From contig CBFIGY010000022.1 of assembly GCA_965662235.1 (NCBI GenBank), positions 1-47,321 on the forward strand: a stretch of 47,321 nt of DNA, written 5' to 3'. Every line of letters starts with the position of its first letter. Position 1 is the first letter of the stretch. The notes under the pieces are model-generated. The model did not search any database. It saw only the letters and a list, made by a program, of their open reading frames with translations, and was not told the DNA's origin. The position numbers and the translations under genes are program-made. This document shows, in pieces, positions 40,314 to 47,321 of the stretch. Origin of the DNA: an uncultured bacterium (GTDB taxonomy: Bacteria; SAR324; NAC60-12).

Positions 40314-43196
40314 GTGAGTGCCTTGCTGTCGACAGGAAGCCGCCTCTTCCTTTTTGTGTGCTGTTTGTGGTTGCTGATTCCTGCAAGCCTGCAGGCGCAA
40401 ACCAACGAGGTGCGCAAGGTGGAGCTGATCCGTCGAGGCAAGCAAATGAGTGTGCAGATCCTGACCGCTCAGCCGGCGGACTTCACCATCACCGAGAACC
40501 TCAAGTCGCTGACGCTGGTGGTGAAGTTCCGGAACACGCGTCCCAACTTCCCTGATGGCAGCAACATCCGGCTCTTCAACGACGAGCAGATTGAGGGGGT
40601 GCAGTTTCTGGAAATCGGCTCGGAGACCTGGGCCCAGTTCAAGCTCCGGACCGATGAGTTGACCTATGAGCAGCGGGATACCAACAGCCCGAATCTGCTG
40701 GAGATCGCCTTCCGCCCTACGGTGGAAATGGAGCCCCTCCCTGAGATCTCAGAAGACGCCCAGTACACCCTCCAGAGCATCCAGCACGACAACACCACGA
40801 CGGACCGGACACGCCTGATCTTCCGCTTCGATGAACTGCCTCGCCTGATGGCCCAGCCAGAACGCAACGGCGAAGTAGTGAACCTCCGCTTTCCCGATAC
40901 CCTTCCTGTAGATGGACTGGACGCGTTTGCGTTCAGTGACAACCGAGCGAGCTTTGACGGTCTGCAGGTGGACATCAACCAGATCTTTGTCCGCCTAGAA
41001 CTGCTGGGGGCCAACGGTCGGGTGGAAACGGAACGGCTGCAGAGCCCACCCCGCTGGCAGGTTGATGTCTTTGGAGACGTGCAGGACCAGCCGAGAGACG
41101 CGGTTTCTGACCTGCTCAATGGTGCGGACAACCTGACGCAGGAGGAGCAGTTTCAGCAACGTGTGGACCGCATTGAGCGCAAGAACCGAGAGACCCGGCT
41201 CCGGAACTCCTACCAGGTCGCAGAACGGGCGTTTCGGCGGAACAACTACCAAGAAGCGATCCAGGGCTTTGACGATGTTTACAAGCAGGCCCGGACGAAT
41301 CAGGCGGACTTTGAGGACGACATTCCTTCCATTGCGGTGCAGGCCCTCTTCCGCAAAGCAGACACGCTTTACACCATGCTGGAGCGTCGTCGGGGGCGGA
41401 ACTACCACACGGCGATTGACGCCTACAAGCTTGCCATGCGCATCGCTGAAGAGACCAACACGCGCGATGACCTGATGGCGCACGCGCTCTTCCGGGTGGC
41501 CCGCAGTTACCAGAAGATGAGCTTCAACGAAGAGGCGACGCTCTACTTCGACATGCTCCGGGACCGTTATCCGACGGCAATGGAGACCATTGAGTCGAAC
41601 TTCTGGAAGGCGGTCAGTCAGGCGGATCGTCAGAACTGGGAGCAGGCGATCACGGACTTCAACAACTACCTTCAAGCCTCTCCGAATCCCAAGTACCTTG
41701 CGGCTGCAACGTACAAGCTCGCGCAGGCGAACTACCAGCTGGACCGCTTCATCACGGCCCGTGAGTACTTTGACTCAGCCCGGGAGCTGGATCCGGATTA
41801 CCCGCTGGATCACCCGATGCTGCTCTTCCACATGGGAGAGACCTACTACGAAAACGCGGATTACGTCACAGCCCGCGAGACCTTCAAGCTGCTGCTGCGT
41901 CGTTACCCGAAGGCGGACTTCACCAAGTTTGTGGCGCTGCGGCTCGGAGACTTCCTCCGGGACGAGGGCAAGGAAGATGACGCGATTGCTGCTTACCGGA
42001 ATGCGATCGGCAGCTACACCCGAGAGATTGCGATTTTGGGCAAGCTGCGCATTGCCAACCTGCAGTCGATGCGTCCCTACGGAGGGGAGCACCTAGAAGC
42101 AATCAAGGTGTATGATGAGATCATGGAGCTGTATCCGGATGCGCCCCAAGTGGAAGAGGCGATGCTCCGGAAGGGGCTGACGCTGACGCTCTACGGTGAC
42201 TACGAAGCGGCGATTGCTGCGCTGGAAGCCTTCATGCAGAAGTACCCGCAGAGCCTGTACGTTCAGCGCGGGGTCATTCAGGAAAACATTGATGAGAACC
42301 TCAAGGGCCTGATCGACCGCTACTACCAGCAGCAGGACGACCTAGCGTTGGTGGCTTCTTACCGAGACTACAAGGCCAAGTACCTCCTCAACTTCCGGTT
42401 TGTCTCCACCCTCTTTCAGGTGGCCATGGCGCACAAGAACCTGGGGCTGCATGATGACGCCCTGGACCTCCTCAAGTTTCTGGAGAGCCGTGCCCGAGGA
42501 ACCATGCTGGAGCTGATCCGCCTGCAGATGGCACAGACGTTACTGGACAAGGGAACGCTGCCACAGGCCCGGGATCAGTACGCGCGGTTCCTGCAGCAGT
42601 ATCCGGACAGCTCTTATGACGCAGCTGCCCGCATGGACCTGGCAGAGGTCTATCGGCAAGAGCGGGAGTTTGAGAAAGCAGAGCTGGTGCTCAACCAGGC
42701 CATTGAGAAGTACGACCAAGACGAGGATCAGCTGAAGGCTGAAGTGACTCCGGAGCTCTATTACCGCCTGGGGCAGCTTTATGAAGAGATGGGCCGTTAC
42801 GCGGAGGCGGGAGATGCCTACCGGAACGCCATCCGCTCCTACAGTCACCCCGTCAATGCTCCGGATACTCCAGACTATGTGGTGAAGAGCCACTTCCTGG
42901 CTGCTGACATGCTGGCAAAGGTGGGCGAGGATGAAGCCGCCTTGGCCCAGTATGAGCTGGCAATGGCCACCTACGCCGACCACACCGATCCTGATACCAA
43001 GGATCGCCTCAAGTGGGCCCTCTACCAGTCCGGAACCCTGATGGCCCGGTTGGGACAGGAACAGCAGGCGCTGGACGTCTTCAAGAAATTGATTGATGAT
43101 CCGGAAGGGCAGGGGCAGCTCTGGCAACGGCTTGCGAACGAGCAGTATCAGGCGCTCTCTCGACAGCTGTCCTTTCAGAACTACTTGCAGCAGTAA
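40314..43196 (+). CDS. Large exported tetratricopeptide-repeat protein with N-terminal beta-rich (AMIN-like) domains
   Basis: Signal peptide, about 250 aa beta-rich N-terminus, then many TPR units (e.g. AREYF, ARETFKLLLRRYP, AIAALEAFMQKYP). SD GAGGAG favours GTG 40314 over TTG 40308. Confidence 0.82.
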   Translation: MSALLSTGSRLFLFVCCLWLLIPASLQAQTNEVRKVELIRRGKQMSVQILTAQPADFTITENLKSLTLVVKFRNTRPNFPDGSNIRLFNDEQIEGVQFLEIGSETWAQFKLRTDELTYEQRDTNSPNLLEIAFRPTVEMEPLPEISEDAQYTLQSIQHDNTTTDRTRLIFRFDELPRLMAQPERNGEVVNLRFPDTLPVDGLDAFAFSDNRASFDGLQVDINQIFVRLELLGANGRVETERLQSPPRWQVDVFGDVQDQPRDAVSDLLNGADNLTQEEQFQQRVDRIERKNRETRLRNSYQVAERAFRRNNYQEAIQGFDDVYKQARTNQADFEDDIPSIAVQALFRKADTLYTMLERRRGRNYHTAIDAYKLAMRIAEETNTRDDLMAHALFRVARSYQKMSFNEEATLYFDMLRDRYPTAMETIESNFWKAVSQADRQNWEQAITDFNNYLQASPNPKYLAAATYKLAQANYQLDRFITAREYFDSARELDPDYPLDHPMLLFHMGETYYENADYVTARETFKLLLRRYPKADFTKFVALRLGDFLRDEGKEDDAIAAYRNAIGSYTREIAILGKLRIANLQSMRPYGGEHLEAIKVYDEIMELYPDAPQVEEAMLRKGLTLTLYGDYEAAIAALEAFMQKYPQSLYVQRGVIQENIDENLKGLIDRYYQQQDDLALVASYRDYKAKYLLNFRFVSTLFQVAMAHKNLGLHDDALDLLKFLESRARGTMLELIRLQMAQTLLDKGTLPQARDQYARFLQQYPDSSYDAAARMDLAEVYRQEREFEKAELVLNQAIEKYDQDEDQLKAEVTPELYYRLGQLYEEMGRYAEAGDAYRNAIRSYSHPVNAPDTPDYVVKSHFLAADMLAKVGEDEAALAQYELAMATYADHTDPDTKDRLKWALYQSGTLMARLGQEQQALDVFKKLIDDPEGQGQLWQRLANEQYQALSRQLSFQNYLQQ

Positions 43197-43204
43197 AAAA
43201 CTAC

Positions 43205-43232
43205 TTGAAACTCACTCAGAAGCCGACATAAT
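43205..43232 (+). promoter_or_regulatory. Sigma70-type promoter of tRNA-Gln
   Basis: TTGAAA-N16-CATAAT with an A-tract upstream, 14 nt before the tRNA. Confidence 0.6.
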
Positions 43233-43246
43233 AGTGAGTTCCTTGC

Positions 43247-43321
43247 TGGGGTGTAGCCAAGTGGTAAGGCAGCGGGTTTTGATCCCGTCATTCGTAGGTT
43301 CGATCCCTACCACCCCAGCCA
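43247..43321 (+). tRNA. tRNA-Gln (anticodon TTG)
   Basis: TGGGGTG/CACCCCA acceptor, anticodon arm GCGGG-TT-TTG-AT-CCCGT, T arm GTAGG-TTCGATC-CCTAC, CCA. Confidence 0.97.
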
Positions 43322-43431
43322 TTCCTTCCTGAAATAATCCCCATTCCCTTCTGTAGCCCCCGGTGTTTTTGAGGCCTTCTCAAAAGCGAGGGATTCCTGT
43401 TTCCAGTGCCCAGTCGCCTTGAGAGCAGAGG

Positions 43432-44088
43432 TTACGGAGCCGTCAGCAGAAAGACCGGATCAATCTGGCTGTAGACGCTGGCATCTGCGCCTTTGAAGTT
43501 CAACTCCACAGCATCTCGACGCTTCAAAGCGGTTTCAAACTGCAGGTAGGGTTTGTTGTCGACAAAGATGGCCGTTGCCGCGACCTGGAACTCCTGACGC
43601 GAGTCACTGACCACCCGGAAGGTGAGGTCGGTGGCGGGAAGCTCCATGCTCAGCATGAAGTTGATGGTCCTAAGCTCACGGTTGAGCTGCTTGAGCGGAT
43701 CCTCGTTGCTGAGAAGGCGGACGGAACGCTCATCGGCCACCAGAGCCGCTAGGAACGTGTGCTGCTGGGCATGCTGTTCCAGCGCCGCGCCTGTGCCGAA
43801 GGGGATGCGAGTGCTCACGACCATCAGCTTGCCAATGGTGTCGTCCACAATGTCAATTTGCGAGTCGTCCGGGAGGTACTTCTGGGCAATGACCTTTGCC
43901 TCCGCCAGCTGCCCTTCCTTATCATCTCCCAAAAGCTTGAAGGACGCCTTCACCGGAACCATCAGCAGTTCCTGTTCACGGACGGCCTCCACATCGCTGG
44001 TGTAGACCTCAATTTCCAGTTCATCCGGTTTGCAGCCGGAGAGCCCCAGGAGGGTCAGGAGGGTCAACAACGGAAGCAGGTATTTCAT
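43432..44088 (-). CDS. Hypothetical lipoprotein
   Basis: Lipobox LSG-C after a hydrophobic signal, 218 aa, host-like codons. Confidence 0.75.
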   Translation of the reverse strand: MKYLLPLLTLLTLLGLSGCKPDELEIEVYTSDVEAVREQELLMVPVKASFKLLGDDKEGQLAEAKVIAQKYLPDDSQIDIVDDTIGKLMVVSTRIPFGTGAALEQHAQQHTFLAALVADERSVRLLSNEDPLKQLNRELRTINFMLSMELPATDLTFRVVSDSRQEFQVAATAIFVDNKPYLQFETALKRRDAVELNFKGADASVYSQIDPVFLLTAP

Positions 44089-44375
44089 GAAACGGCTCTC
44101 AACAGGGTGAACAAGACGGGTTCCGGAACCTCTCCCTCGTCTATCAAAGACCTCTGAGGCAGAAGCTTCCCCTCACTATCGTGGAATGTGGGTCCGGAGT
44201 CAATCGGGATTGCCCGTCTAGGTCGACAAAGGGAGGACGCCTTTTTTCCCAAGGGCTTAACGGATCCTCGGGGCAGCCTCACTGATCTCAAAAGAGATCG
44301 CAATGCTCTTCAAACACAACCGCTCAAGAATGAGACCTGTTCCCTAACTCAATACTCCCTTCAGCAAGGATCTCA

Positions 44376-44615
44376 ATGAAATTGATGAAGCCGTTACTTG
44401 CCAGCATTGCCGTGGGCCTGATTGGTCAGGCTGCAGCTCTGGCTCAAACGATCTACCCCATCCACCGCGCATCGATTTTGAGCGGTCAGACCTTTGACTT
44501 CAAGGTTGAATTCGACGGTGTTGTGGACGCGCGCAAGCTTTCCGTCACCATCAACGGGGTGGATCACGCGGATTTTTTTGGTAAGAGTGCCAGCCTGATT
44601 CAGCTCAACTCCTAA
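44376..44615 (+). pseudogene. 3'-truncated remnant of an exported alkaline-phosphatase-family protein
   Basis: SD AAGGA, signal peptide, then AQTIYPIHRASILSGQTFDFKVEF. I recognise this as the N-terminus of large PhoA-family alkaline phosphatases (recollection, not a search). It stops after 79 aa. Confidence 0.6.
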
Positions 44616-44661
44616 CAAAATTCAAACACGAACCTAATACAAACCTAACCTTCATCCTATC
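44611..44661 (+). promoter_or_regulatory. Pho-box-like tandem repeats upstream of phoX
   Basis: CCTAAC (44611), TCAAAC (44622), CCTAAT (44633) and CCTAAC (44644) at an 11-bp period, plus CCTATC (44656). Confidence 0.65.
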
Positions 44662-44738
44662 TATTGGGGCCTGTTGCGGTTATCCCAACAGCAAGCGCCC
44701 TCCACCCCACAAACTGCACTTTCACTCACACGAGGAAT

Positions 44739-46634
44739 ATGGACACCCAAAAGCACCTTTCATTTGACGAATTTGATGAGTTGCGAAACCCAGGACCAGA
44801 GGTCACCGATTTTGAGCGCATTACCCAAAAGGCACTCTCTCGCCGCCAAGTTATCGGTGGAGGCTTTAAGCTAGGTCTCGCTGCGTTGGCGGTGAGTACG
44901 GGTGGAACTGGCCTCTTCTCTGGAAGCGCCCAAGCGAACACAAGCCGTATGATTTTCCAAAGCATCCCCGCGAATACGATGGACTCGATCACAGTACCGA
45001 ATGGTTACAGCTGGTATCCAGTCATCAGCTGGGGCGATCCGCTCTGGTCGAACCTCGGTGAGTTCGATCACAACAACCGCGGCACAGCAGCTTCACAAGA
45101 GCTCGCATTTGGTGATAACAACGACGGCATGCACTTTTTTGAGCACAACGGCCGCTTCATCATGGCAGTCAACAGCGAGTACACCAACCTGAACATCATC
45201 CACGGCAACAACGCTTCACAGAAGCCTGAGACCGACGACGACGTGCGCAAGAATATGGCAGCCCACGGAATCAACATCATCGAAGTGACACAGCGCAACG
45301 GCCGCTGGGGCTTGGTCACGGATTCCATGTACAACCGTCGCATCACGCCACAGACCCCGATGGAAATCACCGGTCCAGCCGCGGGACATGATCTCCTGAA
45401 GACAGCCGCTGACGCTTCCGGAACGCGCGCGCTGGGCACATGGAACAACTGTGGGAACGGCTACACACCGTGGGGCACCTACCTAACCTGCGAAGAGAAC
45501 TTCAACGGCTATTTCTCTAGCTCTGACGCGAACAACGTCCCCTCCGACGAGTTGAAGCGCTATGGCGTGGGCAACAGCGACTGGGGATACAACTGGGCCC
45601 GTGTAGACGAGCGTTTTGACATCAGCAAGCACCCCAATGAGCCGAACCGCGCTGGCTACATCGTAGAGATCGACCCGACTGACCCGAACTCTGTGCCCAA
45701 GAAGCGCACCGCCCTAGGACGCTTCAAGCACGAGAACGCAGCTCTCGCCATCGCTGGCGACGGGCATGTTGTTGTCTATCTAGGCGATGACGAGCGCGGG
45801 GAGTTTCTTTACAAGTTCATCAGCGAACGCAAGTACGCACAAGGCGGCGACAACCGCAATCTGCTCGAAGACGGCACGCTCTACGTTGCCAAGTTTGATG
45901 AAAATCAGCGCGGACGCTGGCTGGCTCTCACACCAGAGACGACCGGCATGTCAAAGGCTGAGATCTGCGTCCATACTCGCCAAGCAGCTTCCAAGGTCGG
46001 GGCAACCACCATGGATCGTCCAGAGTGGGTGACGGTCAATCCAAACAAAGTCGAGGCCTACTGTGCTTTGACCAACAACAAAAACCGAGCAGTCAAAACC
46101 AACGCTGGTGGCGACGCGACGCCTGCGTTCGGCCCTAACCCACGCCCGAAGAACAACTACGGTCAAATCGTACGCTGGGCACCGTTGGATGGCGACCATA
46201 AGTCCAACGAGTTTGAGTGGGACCTTTTCGTCATGGCAGGCAACCCGACGGTACACAACGACACATATGCAGGCTCGGAGAACATCAACGCAGAGAATAT
46301 GTTCAACTCTCCAGATGGACTCACCGTCGACAACACGGGCATGGTCTGGATCCAGACGGATGGCAACTACTCCAATGCGAAAGACTTCGCAGGCATGGGC
46401 AACAACCAAATGCTCTGCGCTGACTCTGCTACCGGTGAGATCCGTCGCTTCTTGGTAGGCCCGAAGGAGTGCGAAGTGACTGGAATGACATGGAGCTCCG
46501 ATCGCCGCACGCTGTTTGTCGGCATCCAGCATCCAGGTGAGAAAGGCGACAGCCACTGGCCGGGTGGCCGCAACTCCGTCCCGCGCTCTAGCGTCATCGC
46601 GATCACACGCCAAGACGGACGCCAGATCGTTTGA
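44739..46634 (+). CDS. phoX: PhoX-family alkaline phosphatase, Tat-exported
   Basis: Tat motif SRRQVI, FGDNNDG, NCGNG.TPWGTYLTCEENF, KRTALGRFKHE, MDRPEW, WIQTD, E.TG, IQHPGE. SD GAGGA before ATG 44739. Confidence 0.95.
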   Translation: MDTQKHLSFDEFDELRNPGPEVTDFERITQKALSRRQVIGGGFKLGLAALAVSTGGTGLFSGSAQANTSRMIFQSIPANTMDSITVPNGYSWYPVISWGDPLWSNLGEFDHNNRGTAASQELAFGDNNDGMHFFEHNGRFIMAVNSEYTNLNIIHGNNASQKPETDDDVRKNMAAHGINIIEVTQRNGRWGLVTDSMYNRRITPQTPMEITGPAAGHDLLKTAADASGTRALGTWNNCGNGYTPWGTYLTCEENFNGYFSSSDANNVPSDELKRYGVGNSDWGYNWARVDERFDISKHPNEPNRAGYIVEIDPTDPNSVPKKRTALGRFKHENAALAIAGDGHVVVYLGDDERGEFLYKFISERKYAQGGDNRNLLEDGTLYVAKFDENQRGRWLALTPETTGMSKAEICVHTRQAASKVGATTMDRPEWVTVNPNKVEAYCALTNNKNRAVKTNAGGDATPAFGPNPRPKNNYGQIVRWAPLDGDHKSNEFEWDLFVMAGNPTVHNDTYAGSENINAENMFNSPDGLTVDNTGMVWIQTDGNYSNAKDFAGMGNNQMLCADSATGEIRRFLVGPKECEVTGMTWSSDRRTLFVGIQHPGEKGDSHWPGGRNSVPRSSVIAITRQDGRQIV

Positions 46635-46638
46635 CGCG

Positions 46639-46678
46639 CTCATGGCGCTATGTTAGCTCCGGCTAACGAACCATTGAG
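46639..46678. terminator. Hairpin between convergent phoX and comEC fragment
   Basis: Core GTTAGC-tccg-GCTAAC, with outer pairing CTCATGG / CCATTGAG. Confidence 0.45.
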
Positions 46679-46700
46679 AGCCATCTCTACCGACAAGAGG

Positions 46701-47249
46701 TCAGAGAGATGGCTCTTCCGCTCCGCGCAACGCACGAGACCTTCCCCGCTGTCGCATCGCCCACCACGCGCTCCCCAACACACCATAGTACCCGACCCAC
46801 GCCTCGACCGGCCAACCGCCCTCCAGCACAACGCGGCTCTCTGGCAGCTGCAACACCTCCAGCAACCACAGCCACTGCTCTAGGCTCCAACTCACCAGCA
46901 CATATAGCTCAGCCTCGCCGACCACATCAGGTGGCGCATAGAGGTGCAGCCCGCTCCATACAAAGGTCAGCAGGCACAACGGCAACACCCAAAACGCCAG
47001 CAAGGGCAACAGCACTAAGTTCAGCCAGAATGCCTCAAACGAGACGCGTCCGAAGGTGTGCAACAGAATCGGCAATGTCCCCACGGTCACTGCCAGCGTG
47101 ACGCCTGTGCTGTCCCAGAGGTAGCGCCGCAGATGCTGGACGTGCGTGCGAGGACGAGACTGGCTTCTCGGCATGAGCAATAAGATCGAAGCGACCGCCA
47201 CAAATGACAGCTGAAACGAGACGGATTGCACGGTGTTCCAGTCTAACAG
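46701..47249 (-). pseudogene. comEC: 5'-truncated ComEC/Rec2 competence-protein fragment
   Basis: LLDWNTVQSVSFQLSFVAV matches the internal ComEC motif SxSFQLSF, followed by TLPILLHTFG..S...NL. Upstream the frame turns into G/P-rich non-ComEC sequence and closes at a TAA (47289-47291), so the N-terminal part is missing. Confidence 0.75.
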
Positions 47250-47288
47250 GGACCTCCCGGCGGCAGGGCCTCCGGGAGGGAGGGAGGG

Positions 47289-47321
47289 TTAGACGAGTTT
47301 GAAGATCTCTCCGAGCTCGTC
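47289..47321 (-). CDS. Probable 3' end of a gene entering from the right edge
   Basis: Reads DELGEIFKLV* with host-like codons and is followed by a GC hairpin. Too short to identify. Confidence 0.45.
   Translation of the reverse strand, partial: DELGEIFKLV

Noticed and set aside
43319..43353. Degenerate repeat CCATTCCTTCCT / CCATTCCCTTCT after tRNA-Gln as an att scar
   Set aside because: Low-complexity pyrimidine sequence; no duplicated tRNA 3' end and no integrase in the window.

Overview
This is a housekeeping-rich chromosomal segment of a GC-rich (roughly 60% by eye) Gram-negative bacterium. Gene content and protein style suggest a Deltaproteobacteria-like lineage, possibly SAR324-related; this is an inference only. 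From left to right: the 3' part of a 5S rRNA, tRNA-Val(GAC), infC-rpmI-rplT, pstCAB-phoU (no pstS), purD, an MMPL/RND transporter, three tandem paralogous lipoproteins, a double-HTH XRE regulator, dps, clpB with a perfect CIRCE box, murF, mrp/apbC, a cupin, rlmKL, a HEAT-like protein and a HAD hydrolase. Next come a hybrid kinase-CheR-kinase cassette without CheB, tRNA-Gly(CCC), puuB/puuA, a ~510-bp structured intergenic region behind a sigma-28-type promoter, a DUF4175-like gene, tsaB/tsaE, a degenerate ABC-ATPase-like ORF, dnaG-rpoD, a large TPR protein and tRNA-Gln(UUG). At the right end an intact phoX sits between a 3'-truncated alkaline-phosphatase-like stub and a 5'-truncated comEC fragment. 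I saw no CRISPR array, transposase, integrase or phage gene. The best leads are (1) a candidate sigma-28-driven structured ncRNA or leader at about 32.87-33.23 kb, (2) an apparent in-situ replacement of a PhoA-type phosphatase by a foreign phoX block with an attC-like junction, (3) the triple lipoprotein operon divergent from the MMPL transporter, (4) a non-E. coli-type 11-bp-period Pho-box-like motif, and (5) window-wide TCCGGA and CCTAG/CTAGG word biases.
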